Positions 18,232-27,652 of a stretch of 64,000 bases of DNA are shown in pieces. The stretch spans positions 308,570-372,569 of the forward strand of contig CBFGTS010000002.1 in the NCBI GenBank assembly GCA_965652295.1, in the 5' to 3' direction. The first letter of the stretch is position 1, and every line of letters begins with the position of its first letter. A program made the position numbers and the translations under genes. This stretch comes from an uncultured Haloferula sp. (GTDB taxonomy: Bacteria > Verrucomicrobiota > Verrucomicrobiia > Verrucomicrobiales > Akkermansiaceae). Below the pieces are notes generated by a model that searched no databases, was not told where the DNA came from, and saw only the letters and a program-made list of their open reading frames with translations.

Positions 18232-20760
18232 ATGAAACCCCTGGTCTTCGCCGCCCTCACCACCGCGGCTCTCGCCGCCCCTGATTTCCACGGAGCCACG
18301 CCCCTCGAATGGTCGCGCCGCATGGCGGACTCCGAGATGCAGCGGCTCGGCAGCTCGCTTTTCCACGAAAACCCCGACGCCAAGTGGACCTACACCACCG
18401 GTCTGCTGGGTGAAGCCTGCCTGAAGCTCGCGGATGCCACCGGCGAAGAAACGTATGCCGCGTTCGGAGCCCAGGCCGCCGAGAGCTTCATTGAAACCGA
18501 CGGCACCATCGCGCGCTACCAGCTGGAGGACTACAACATCGACCTCATCACCCCGGGCAAGGTCCTCCTTTACCGCTGGGAAAAAGGCCACCGCCCCGAG
18601 TCCCATCGCACGGCCATCGAAACCCTCCGCCGACAGATGCGCGAGCACCCGCGCACCTCGGAAGGCGGTTTCTGGCACAAGAAGCGGTATCCCCACCAGA
18701 TGTGGCTCGACGGCCTCTACATGGCCTCGCCCTTCCTCGCGCAATACGCCGGCATTTTCGACGAGCCGGAGCTTTACGACGAGGTGGTGAAGCAGATCAC
18801 TCTCATCGATCGACATACCTACGACGCGGACAAGGGCCTCCACTACCACGGCTGGGACGAGGCCCGGGCGCAGGACTGGGCCGACGAGGAAAGCGGGCTT
18901 TCCTCCAACTTCTGGGGGCGCGCCATCGGTTGGTATGCCATGGCCCTCGTCGATGACCTCGCTTTCCTCCCCGCCGACCACCCCGGCGTGCCTCGGGTCC
19001 GGGAAATCCTGACCCGCGTCGCCCGTGGCATCGCCCGCTATCAGGATCCCGAAACCGGCCTCTGGTGGCAAGTCGTGGATCACCCGGGAGCCGAAGGCAA
19101 CTATCTCGAAGCCACCGCCTCATCGATGTATGTTTACTCGCTCGCCAAGGCGATCCACCACGGCTGGCTGCCAAGGGAGGAATACCTGCCCGTCGTGCTC
19201 AAAGGCTACCAAGGCATCCTCGACCACTTCATCGACGAGGACGCCCAGGGCCGCATCTCCCTGACTCAATGCTGCGAAGTCGCCGGGCTCGGTTTCACCA
19301 ATTCCGCCGGCATTCCCCGCGACGGCAGCTACGAATACTACATCTCCGAACCCATCGTTGAAAACGATCCCAAGGGCGTCGGGCCCTTCATCCTCGCCGG
19401 CATCGAACTCACCGCCCTTCTCAACCCTGCCGCGGCTGCGCAGGGCTGGCAGGACGTCGATGCCGTGCTCGCCCGCATCAAGCCACCCGTTTTCCCGGAC
19501 CGGGACTTCCCGATCACCGACTTCGGCGCCACCCGCGATGCGGACTCCACCACCGCGATCCGCGCCGCCATCGAGGCCTGTCATGAGGCCGGCGGCGGCC
19601 GCGTCGTCATCCCCGAAGGCCGCTGGCTCACCGGTGCCATCACCCTCCTTTCCAACCTCGACCTCCACGTCAGCGAGGGTGCGACGCTCGAGTGGATCTT
19701 CGATCCCGGTCTCTACCCGATCGTCTTCACTCGCTGGGAAGGCATGGAGTGCATGAACTTCTCTCCGCTCATCTACGCCTTCGACCAGGAGAACATCGCC
19801 ATCACCGGCAAGGGCACTCTCGATGGCGGAGCCACCGAAACAACCTGGTGGGCGTGGAATCTCAAAGGCGACGGCGACCAACGCCTTCAGATCCCCGCCC
19901 GCGACCGTCTCGGCGAAATGGTCGAGCAGCGCGTCCCCGTCGAGCAGCGCGTTTTCGGGAAAGGCCATTTCCTCCGCCCCAACTTCATCCAACCCTACCG
20001 CTGCCGCAATGTCCTCATCGAAGGCGTCACCCTCCATCGCTCTCCGATGTGGAACCTCCATCCGGTGCTCTGCGAAAACGTCACCGTCCGCGGCGTCAGC
20101 ATCGTCACCCACGGGACCAACAACGACGGCTGCAATCCCGAGTCCTGCCGCGACGTACTGATCGAGCACACGCTTTTCGACACCGGCGACGACTGCATCG
20201 CCATCAAGTCCGGCCGCAACGAAGACGGCCGCCGCATCGGCGTGCCTTCGGAAAACATCATCATCCGTCACTGCACCATGAAGGACGGCCACGGCGGCGT
20301 CGTGCTCGGCTCCGAGTGCTCCGGCCACATCCGCAACGTCTGGGTCGAGCACTGCGTCATGGACAGCCCGAACCTCGACCGCGCCCTGCGTTTCAAAAAC
20401 AACGCCGAGCGTGGCGGCATCCTGGAAAACGTCTTCATGCGGAATGTGAAGATCGGCCGCCTCGCCGAAGCCGCGCTCACCATCGATCTCCTTTACGAAG
20501 AAGGCCCCGACGGCGACCACCAAGCGATCGTCCGCAACGTCGAGATGTCGAACATCACCAGTTCCGCCAGCCCCCGCGTCCTGTTCGTCCGCGGCTACGA
20601 GGGCGCCGTCATCGACGACATTCGCATCCTCGACTCCAAGTTCCACGGCGTCACCCACACCGAGGTCGTCGAATACGCCGGCTCCATCCACATGGAAAAC
20701 GTCGAAATCGTCCCCGCCAAGGGCCTCCGCCCCCGCAACTCCGTCCCGAAGAAAGAATAA
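18232..20760 (+). CDS. GH105 unsaturated uronyl hydrolase fused to a GH28 polygalacturonase
   Basis: N-terminal half: GGFWHK, WLDGLYM, HGWDE, WGRAIGW (GH105). C-terminal half: NNDG, GDDCIAIKSG, GHGGVVLGSE (GH28). ATG at 18232 begins a signal peptide. Confidence 0.88.
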   Translation: MKPLVFAALTTAALAAPDFHGATPLEWSRRMADSEMQRLGSSLFHENPDAKWTYTTGLLGEACLKLADATGEETYAAFGAQAAESFIETDGTIARYQLEDYNIDLITPGKVLLYRWEKGHRPESHRTAIETLRRQMREHPRTSEGGFWHKKRYPHQMWLDGLYMASPFLAQYAGIFDEPELYDEVVKQITLIDRHTYDADKGLHYHGWDEARAQDWADEESGLSSNFWGRAIGWYAMALVDDLAFLPADHPGVPRVREILTRVARGIARYQDPETGLWWQVVDHPGAEGNYLEATASSMYVYSLAKAIHHGWLPREEYLPVVLKGYQGILDHFIDEDAQGRISLTQCCEVAGLGFTNSAGIPRDGSYEYYISEPIVENDPKGVGPFILAGIELTALLNPAAAAQGWQDVDAVLARIKPPVFPDRDFPITDFGATRDADSTTAIRAAIEACHEAGGGRVVIPEGRWLTGAITLLSNLDLHVSEGATLEWIFDPGLYPIVFTRWEGMECMNFSPLIYAFDQENIAITGKGTLDGGATETTWWAWNLKGDGDQRLQIPARDRLGEMVEQRVPVEQRVFGKGHFLRPNFIQPYRCRNVLIEGVTLHRSPMWNLHPVLCENVTVRGVSIVTHGTNNDGCNPESCRDVLIEHTLFDTGDDCIAIKSGRNEDGRRIGVPSENIIIRHCTMKDGHGGVVLGSECSGHIRNVWVEHCVMDSPNLDRALRFKNNAERGGILENVFMRNVKIGRLAEAALTIDLLYEEGPDGDHQAIVRNVEMSNITSSASPRVLFVRGYEGAVIDDIRILDSKFHGVTHTEVVEYAGSIHMENVEIVPAKGLRPRNSVPKKE

Positions 20761-20775
20761 GCAACGAATCACCTA

Positions 20776-20907
20776 TCAGTGGCGTGACCGCGTGCCCCGA
20801 TAAGTCGGAGGTCCCGGTCATGAACGGTTGAGATCGAGATTGTCAGGAGATGGATGCAGGAGTGCTTTGGGCTCCTGCGTTCATGATCGGGACGGTCATG
20901 CCACTGA
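20776..20907. repeat. MITE-like ~132 bp element with terminal inverted repeats (copy 1)
   Basis: Ends TCAGTGGCGTGACCG / CGGTCATGCCACTGA; an inverted second copy lies at 58883-59018. Confidence 0.7.
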
Positions 20908-20931
20908 CAGATCGCGCCACTTCCGCTGCCC

Positions 20932-20955
20932 ACTTTTTACTTTTTACTTTTTACT
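20932..20955 (+). repeat. Heptamer tandem repeat (ACTTTTT)x3
   Basis: Read directly from the sequence; lies 27 nt upstream of the ATG at 20983. Confidence 0.8.
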
Positions 20956-20982
20956 CGGCACTGCCGCGGAGCAGCCAAACCC

Positions 20983-23124
20983 ATGAAAGCCCTTCTTCTC
21001 CTCACCGTCGCCACCCTCCAAGCCGCGCCCATCGACCGCGAGGCCGTCGTCTCCCGCCACAACCCCGTCATCGAGAAGCTCAACCCCGACGCCCCCGTCA
21101 CCGTCGGCAACGGCGGTTTCGCCTTCACCGCCGACGTCACCGGCCTGCAATCCTTCGCCGCCCACCACCACCGCCACGGCGTCCCTACCGAAACCCTCTG
21201 CCGCTGGGCCTGGTATTCCGAGCCGAACCCCCACGGCTACCAACTCTCCGACGCGTTCGAAGACTATACCGAAGCCGACGGCCGCACCGTCGCCTACCCC
21301 ACTGATGCCAACACTGACGCCGGCCAGTGGCTCCGACGAAGCCCACGCAGTCATCCGCTCGGCCAGCTCGCCTTCGTCCATGGCGATGGCTCACCCCTCG
21401 ACATGACGGAAGTCGCCGATGTCCACCAAACCCTCGACCTCTGGCGCGGCGTCATCACCAGCCATTTCACCGTCGATGGCGAGCCGGTCGAAGTCATCAC
21501 CACCTGCCATCCGGACCTCGACCTCGTCGCCGTCAGGATGAAATCCGGACTCTTCACCGACGGCCGCCTCGCCATCAAACTCGGCTTTCCCCGTGGCCAC
21601 GACGCGGCCAACAAACTCACCCCCGCCCTCGATTGGTCGGAGCCGGAAAGCCACACGACCACCACCAAACAAGGCGACCACCGCCTCGACTTCGAGCGCC
21701 GCCGCGACGCGATGACCCACCACAGCGCGCTCGCCTGGACCGGCGATGCCACGATCGAAAACCCCGGGGCCCACCAGTTCCTTCTCAAGCCCTCTTCCGA
21801 AACCCTCGCCGTCACCCTGTCCTTCGCACCCGACGCCCTGCCGGCCGCCCTCCCCGATTTCGAGACCACCCTCACCGCCAGCGGAAAACACTGGAACGCC
21901 TTCTGGGAAAACGGCGCCGCCGTCGATTTCTCCGGCAGCACCGATCCCCGCGCCGCGAAGCTGGAAGAGCGGATCATCCTTTCCCAATACCTCACCGCCG
22001 TCCAGATGGCCGGCAAGGTTCCGCCTCAGGAAAGCGGCCTCACCTGCAACACCTGGTACGGCAAACACCATAGCGAGATGATCTGGTGGCACGCCGCCCA
22101 CTTCGCACTCTGGGGCCACGACGACCTGCTCGCCAAAAACCTGGCGTGGTATGTGAAGCAGCTCCCCACCGCCCGCGAGCTCGCCGCCAGCCGCCAGCTC
22201 AAGGGTGCGCGCTGGGCGAAAATGGTCGGCCCCGACGGCCGCGAGAGCCCCGGCGGCAATCCACTCATCGTCTGGAACCAACCCCACCCGATCTATCTCG
22301 CCGAGCTGCTCTACCGGAACACGCCCACACCCGCGACCCTCGCCCGCTACCGCCAGCTCGTCCTCGACACCGCCGACTGCCTCGCTTCGATGGTTCATTT
22401 CGACGAGAAAACGCAGGCCTACGTCCTCGGCCCGCCGCTCTGGATCGCTCAGGAAATCCACGACCAGCGCACCAGCCAGAACCCCGCCTTCGAACTCGCC
22501 TACTGGCACTGGGCGCTCGCGACCGCCCAGCAATGGCGGGAGCGCCTCGACCTGCCTCGCGAGGAGAAATGGGACCCCATCATCCAGCACCTTTCGCCCC
22601 TCCCGCAGAAAGACGGCAAATACGTCGCGCTCGGCTCCGCGCCCGACACCTGGGACAACCTCGACAGCCGCCACGACCATCCCTCCATGCTCGCCCCGCT
22701 CGGCGTCCTGCCCGGCGGCCCGATGGTTGATCGGGAAACCATGAACCGCACCCTCGACGCCGTGCTTTCCGAGTGGGACTGGGAAACCAAGATCTGGGGC
22801 TGGGACTACCCCATGATCGCCATGACCGCCACCCGCCTCGGTCGACCCGGAGATGCCGTGGAGATCCTGCTGCGCGATGGCCCCAACAACCGATACCTGC
22901 CCACCGGCCACTGCCCCCAGCGCGGCGACGAAGCCCTGCCCGAGAACGCCCCTCCCGGTATCCCCAAGCGCGAAATCGCCACCTATCTTCCCGCCAACGG
23001 CTCGTTCCTTTCCGCCGTCGCCCTCATGATCGCCGGCTGGGACGGCTGCGAAATGGAGACCCCGGGCATCCCCAAGGACGGAACCTGGAGCGTCCGTTTC
23101 GAAGGCGTACGGCAACTCCCGTAG
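20983..23124 (+). CDS. Secreted six-hairpin glycosidase-like protein (GH65/GH95-like, family uncertain)
   Basis: Signal peptide; IDREAVVSRHNP, VGNGGFAFTADVTGLQ, PQESGL, WGWDYP and YLPANG motifs; pectin cluster context. Confidence 0.65.
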   Translation: MKALLLLTVATLQAAPIDREAVVSRHNPVIEKLNPDAPVTVGNGGFAFTADVTGLQSFAAHHHRHGVPTETLCRWAWYSEPNPHGYQLSDAFEDYTEADGRTVAYPTDANTDAGQWLRRSPRSHPLGQLAFVHGDGSPLDMTEVADVHQTLDLWRGVITSHFTVDGEPVEVITTCHPDLDLVAVRMKSGLFTDGRLAIKLGFPRGHDAANKLTPALDWSEPESHTTTTKQGDHRLDFERRRDAMTHHSALAWTGDATIENPGAHQFLLKPSSETLAVTLSFAPDALPAALPDFETTLTASGKHWNAFWENGAAVDFSGSTDPRAAKLEERIILSQYLTAVQMAGKVPPQESGLTCNTWYGKHHSEMIWWHAAHFALWGHDDLLAKNLAWYVKQLPTARELAASRQLKGARWAKMVGPDGRESPGGNPLIVWNQPHPIYLAELLYRNTPTPATLARYRQLVLDTADCLASMVHFDEKTQAYVLGPPLWIAQEIHDQRTSQNPAFELAYWHWALATAQQWRERLDLPREEKWDPIIQHLSPLPQKDGKYVALGSAPDTWDNLDSRHDHPSMLAPLGVLPGGPMVDRETMNRTLDAVLSEWDWETKIWGWDYPMIAMTATRLGRPGDAVEILLRDGPNNRYLPTGHCPQRGDEALPENAPPGIPKREIATYLPANGSFLSAVALMIAGWDGCEMETPGIPKDGTWSVRFEGVRQLP

Positions 23125-23208
23125 TTGCGGCGTCCTTTCTCCCAACGGAACGGCCGCCTTCTTCGAAAACCCCTTGCCTCACTCACGTCCGCTTGTGCTA
23201 ATCACGCC

Positions 23209-24105
23209 GTGGCACTGCTGGCGAAAGGAGAGGACTACTTCGGCAAGGGCGGGTTTCCGCTCACGGCCCGGGTCGTGCGCACCGAGCCGGGCGGCAAGCC
23301 TTCCCATGCTCACGACGTCACCGAACTCGATCACTTTCACGATTTCTGCGAACTGGTCCTGGTGCTCTCCGGTCGCGGTCGGCACATCCTCGAAGGCGAG
23401 TCGTTTCCCGTCGCTGCCGGCAATGTCTTCGTCGTCCAGGGCAGCCAGGTCCACGCCTTCCGCGAGCGCGACGAGCTTGTGCTGGTGAATGTGATGTACG
23501 ACCCCGACCGCCTGCCGCTCCCGGAAAACCTGCTCCGCCGCCTGCCTGGCTACAGCGCCCTGTTCAAGCTCGAACCCAGCTTCCGGAGCGCCCACCGGTT
23601 TTCCAGCCGCCTGCAGCTGGACCGCGAGTCGCTGGGAACCGCGCGCTCGCTCGCGGCCGAGATCGGCCGGGAAGCCACCGAGGAGAAGCCCGGCCACGAA
23701 GCCGCCCGGCTGGGAACGCTCGTCCAACTGATGGCCTTCCTCTCCCGTCACTACGGCCGTAGTGAAGCAGGTGAAAGCCGCGCACTGCTGCGGGTTGGGG
23801 GGCTCATCAGCACGTTGGAGCAGCGCTTCAACGAGCCATGGACGCTCGAGGATCTCGCCATAGCCGCGGGCTTTTCACGCACCAGCTTCCTCCGGATCTT
23901 CCGCCGTGCCACGGGCGAGTCGCCCATCGAATTTCTCATCGGTCTCAGGGTCGAGGCCGCCAAGCGCATGCTGCGGGAAACCACCCTGAGCATGACCGAG
24001 ATCGCCCATGAGTGCGGCTTCGGCGACTCGAACTACTTCTCCCGCCGCTTCCGGCAAGCCACCGGCAGGACGCCCGGCGGGTTCCGTCGAGGCGAGTGGG
24101 AATAA
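23209..24105 (+). CDS. AraC family regulator (RhaR/RhaS-like)
   Basis: Cupin HFHDFCELVLV; C-terminal double HTH with IAHECGFGDSNYFSRRF; GTG start at 23209 inferred. Confidence 0.88.
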   Translation: MALLAKGEDYFGKGGFPLTARVVRTEPGGKPSHAHDVTELDHFHDFCELVLVLSGRGRHILEGESFPVAAGNVFVVQGSQVHAFRERDELVLVNVMYDPDRLPLPENLLRRLPGYSALFKLEPSFRSAHRFSSRLQLDRESLGTARSLAAEIGREATEEKPGHEAARLGTLVQLMAFLSRHYGRSEAGESRALLRVGGLISTLEQRFNEPWTLEDLAIAAGFSRTSFLRIFRRATGESPIEFLIGLRVEAAKRMLRETTLSMTEIAHECGFGDSNYFSRRFRQATGRTPGGFRRGEWE

Positions 24106-24187
24106 TTGCGACCGATCGTCCTAATGGATTTTGATTTTGGCCCGATTGTCATGGCCCGGCCCATCCGCTTCGTGGCAGGGTCTCCGC

Positions 24188-25525
24188 ATGTCCACGAACC
24201 CAACCCTCGGCAGCAAAGCCTATTTTCCGAACATCGACCGGATCGCCTATGAAGGTCCGGAGAGCACCAATCCGCTCGCATTCCGTCACTACGACGCCGA
24301 CCGCATGGTCATGGGCCGGCGGTTGGAGGACTGGATGCGTTTCGCCGTCGCCTATTGGCACAGCCTGTGTGGCAACGGCGGCGATCCCTTCGGTGCGCCG
24401 ACCCGCCCGATGCCGTGGCTGGAGGCCACGGATCCCGTGCAGCGTGCCAAGGACAAGGCGGACGCCGCCTTCGAGTTCATCACCAAGCTCGGCGTACCTT
24501 ACTATTGCTTTCACGACACCGACCTGATCGACGAGGCCGGCACCACCCTGGCCGGGTTCGAGGAGCGGATGGCGGCCATCGTCCCCTACCTCAAGGAAAA
24601 GCAGGAGGCCTCCGGCGTGAAGCTCCTGTGGGGCACCGCGAATCTCTTCAGCAACCCGCGCTTCATGAACGGCGCTTCGACCAATCCCGAATTCGGCATC
24701 CTCGCCCGCGCCGGCGGCCAGCTCAAGGGAGCGATCGATGCCACCATCGCCCTCAACGGCGAAGGTTACGTCTTCTGGGGCGGCCGCGAGGGCTACCTTT
24801 CGCTGCTCAACACCGACATGAAGCGCGAGCGCGAGCACTTCGCCCGCTTCCTCACCATCGCCCGCGATTACGCCCGCGCCCAGGGATTCACCGGAAAGTT
24901 CTTCATCGAGCCGAAGCCCTGTGAACCCACCAAGCACCAGTACGACTACGATGCGGCAACGGTGCTCGGCTTCCTTCGCGAGTTCGACTTGTTGGACGAC
25001 TTCGCGCTGAACATCGAGGTCAACCACGCCACCCTGGCCGGCCACACCTTCCCCCACGAGCTTCAGGTTTCGGCCGATGCCGGACTGCTCGGCAGCGTCG
25101 ACGCCAACCGGGGCGATGCCCAGAACGGCTGGGACACCGACCAGTTCCCGATCGACCCGATCGAACTCGCCGAGGCGATGATGGTCATCTTCCAAGCCGG
25201 CGGTTTCACCCACGGCGGCATCAACTTCGACGCCAAGATCCGCCGCAACTCGACCGATCTCGACGACCTCTTCATCGCCCACATCGCGGGCATGGACGCC
25301 TTCGCCCGCGGTGCGATCGCCGCCGAGCGGATTCTGACGCAGTCGGAGATCCCGGGGCTGAAGAAAGGTCGCTATGCCTCGTTCGACGAAGGTGAGGGCA
25401 AAGCCTACGAACAGGGTCAGCTCACGCTCCAAGACCTGCATCGCATCGCCCACGCCCAGGGCGAAATCGAAGCCGCCAGCGGCAAGCAGGAACTCTACGA
25501 GAGCATCCTGCTGCGTCACATCTGA
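24188..25525 (+). CDS. xylA: Xylose isomerase (class II)
   Basis: RFAVAYWH, FHDTD, VFWGGREGY, IEPKPCEP, NIEVNHATLAGH and GWDTDQFP motifs. Confidence 0.96.
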   Translation: MSTNPTLGSKAYFPNIDRIAYEGPESTNPLAFRHYDADRMVMGRRLEDWMRFAVAYWHSLCGNGGDPFGAPTRPMPWLEATDPVQRAKDKADAAFEFITKLGVPYYCFHDTDLIDEAGTTLAGFEERMAAIVPYLKEKQEASGVKLLWGTANLFSNPRFMNGASTNPEFGILARAGGQLKGAIDATIALNGEGYVFWGGREGYLSLLNTDMKREREHFARFLTIARDYARAQGFTGKFFIEPKPCEPTKHQYDYDAATVLGFLREFDLLDDFALNIEVNHATLAGHTFPHELQVSADAGLLGSVDANRGDAQNGWDTDQFPIDPIELAEAMMVIFQAGGFTHGGINFDAKIRRNSTDLDDLFIAHIAGMDAFARGAIAAERILTQSEIPGLKKGRYASFDEGEGKAYEQGQLTLQDLHRIAHAQGEIEAASGKQELYESILLRHI

Positions 25526-25543
25526 GGTTTCAAAGAAGTTTGC

Positions 25544-25651
25544 GGGGAGCGCCGGCTTCGAGCCGGTAGCATCCGGCACCCCGCCGGGTGCTTCTGAAGA
25601 AGAGGGTTCCGCAGGATGCGAAACCCGGCCGGCAAGATGCCGGCGCTCCCC
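25544..25651. repeat. Inverted pair of REP-like elements (GGGGAGCGCCGGC family)
   Basis: GGGGAGCGCCGGC at 25544 and its reverse complement GCCGGCGCTCCCC ending at 25651; same family as the copies at 61874 and 62680. Confidence 0.75.
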
Positions 25652-25744
25652 CGCCCTCCCCCCCAACCGTGACGTCCCGGATTTTCCTCACCGAAATGGG
25701 TGAGTTGGACGAGGACGGCTTTCCGCGCTTAGCTCGGGGTCGTC

Positions 25745-26710
25745 ATGATCCGTCTCGTCCTCTGCCTGCTTCTCGCCCATCCCGCTGCCGCCGCAGATCT
25801 ACTCCTTTTGTCGTACTTCCGCGGCAATGGTGAGACCGGCGTCTATCTGGCGGCCAGTCCGGACGGTCATCAATTCACTGCGCTGAACGACGACCAACCG
25901 GTCTTCATCCCGCCCCGGTGGCCCGACCAGTCGTTGACCCGGGACCCCTCGATCGTCTTCCACGACGGCACCTTCCACATGGTGTGGACCAGCAACTGGA
26001 AAGGCCGCGTCTTTGGCTACGCCAGCTCGCCCGATCTGAAGCAATGGTCCGAGCCGCTGATGGTGCGGCCGTTTCCCGCATCGCTTCCGGAAGAAGACCA
26101 GCCGGTCAACGTCTGGGCTCCGGAGATCCACCGCGATCCCGTCCATGACGATTTCTTCATCCTCTTCTCCTCCACCACGCCCCGCGAACTGAAGGACGGT
26201 GACTCGATCGTCGCCCACAACCTCGACCACCGCAGCTACATCACCCGCACCAAGGACGGGAAAAATTTCTCCGACGCCCGGCTGTTCTTCGACCCCGGGT
26301 TCAGCGTGATCGATCCCGTGATGCAGCTCCACGGCGACCGCTGGGCGATGGTTTTCAAACACGAGCTGCAACCCGGGAACGGCGGCAAGAACCTGCGACT
26401 GACGTTTGTCCCCAAGGATTTCGAGAGCCCGTTTCCTCCGAAGATCGAGCCCCCCTTCACTCCCATCCTCGGACCCGGCTCGGAGATCCGCCCCAATGAA
26501 CAGGTCGAAGGACCCAGCCTGCTGCGTCACAATGGACGCTGGTGGCTGTACTGCGACGCCTTCCGCAATCATCACTACACCCTGATCACTTCGCCCGACT
26601 TGCAGACCTGGTCGGATGAAACCGACCAGCTGGAGATGCCCGAAGACCTCCGTCACGGCACCGTTTTCCTCGCGCCTGAAGCCCGTGTCGCCTGGGCCGA
26701 TGAACCCTGA
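25745..26710 (+). CDS. GH43-like five-bladed beta-propeller glycosidase
   Basis: Signal peptide; RDPSI, WAPE, SVID, EGPS and RHGTV motifs. Confidence 0.8.
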   Translation: MIRLVLCLLLAHPAAAADLLLLSYFRGNGETGVYLAASPDGHQFTALNDDQPVFIPPRWPDQSLTRDPSIVFHDGTFHMVWTSNWKGRVFGYASSPDLKQWSEPLMVRPFPASLPEEDQPVNVWAPEIHRDPVHDDFFILFSSTTPRELKDGDSIVAHNLDHRSYITRTKDGKNFSDARLFFDPGFSVIDPVMQLHGDRWAMVFKHELQPGNGGKNLRLTFVPKDFESPFPPKIEPPFTPILGPGSEIRPNEQVEGPSLLRHNGRWWLYCDAFRNHHYTLITSPDLQTWSDETDQLEMPEDLRHGTVFLAPEARVAWADEP

Positions 26711-26736
26711 CCGCCAACCAACCTTCTTCCATCCCT

Positions 26737-27621
26737 ATGAAACCCTCCATCCTCGTTCCTCTCATCGCCGCCGTACTGGTGCCCATCGCGTCCGCCCAAG
26801 GCATCGCCAAGCCCAAGCTGGAGCCGGACGACATTCCGCGGGAAACCCAGACCGGCAAAGGGCCGGGCCGCTATGTGCCGCCGGTTCCGGCCAGGAAGAA
26901 ACTCCCGACCCTGTGGCTGATCGGAGACTCGACCGTGCGCAACGGCTCATCGGGCGACAACGGTCCCGAGGGGCAATGGGGCTGGGGCGCACCGATCGCC
27001 GCCTACTTCGACCTGAAGGAGGTCAATCTGGTCAACCGTGCACTCGGCGGGACGAGCAGCCGGAGCTTTTACAAGGACCTGTGGCAGGACATGAAACCGC
27101 TGATCAAGAAAGGCGATTTCGTGATGATCCAGTTCGGCGCGAATGACCATGGCGGCGCCAAAGGCAAAGGCGGCCTGAGGGGCACCGGGGAGGAAACCGA
27201 AATGAACGGTGACGAGACCGTGCACACCTTCGGATGGTATCTCCGGAGATATATCGAGGAAACCCGCAAACAGGGTGCGACACCCATCCTATGCTCGCTG
27301 ACCCCGCGCAAGGGCTGGACCGAAGACGGCGAATTCAAGCGTGGTGGAGGTCATGCCGAATGGGCAGAGCAGGTCGCTGAGCAGACCGACACGCTCTTCG
27401 TGCCGCTGAATGAGATCATCGGCGCACGCTATGAGAAGCTTCGCGAGCGGAAGGTGGACAAGCTCTACGTTCCCTCGCCGAAGGAAAACCTGCATACCGG
27501 TTGGGACGGTGCGGTGGTCAATGCCGAGTGCGTGATCGCCGGGCTGAAAGCCCTGCCGCAGAACCCCCTGGAGGAGTTCTACAGCAAACGCGCCAGCGCG
27601 ATCAAAGCCTGGAAGCCGTGA
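26737..27621 (+). CDS. Rhamnogalacturonan acetylesterase-like SGNH protein (CE12)
   Basis: IGDSTV, GWG, NRALGGTSSRSF and IQFGAND motifs. Confidence 0.85.
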   Translation: MKPSILVPLIAAVLVPIASAQGIAKPKLEPDDIPRETQTGKGPGRYVPPVPARKKLPTLWLIGDSTVRNGSSGDNGPEGQWGWGAPIAAYFDLKEVNLVNRALGGTSSRSFYKDLWQDMKPLIKKGDFVMIQFGANDHGGAKGKGGLRGTGEETEMNGDETVHTFGWYLRRYIEETRKQGATPILCSLTPRKGWTEDGEFKRGGGHAEWAEQVAEQTDTLFVPLNEIIGARYEKLRERKVDKLYVPSPKENLHTGWDGAVVNAECVIAGLKALPQNPLEEFYSKRASAIKAWKP

Positions 27622-27652
27622 TCCGCACCGGGGTCGGTCCCACACGGGCCTT

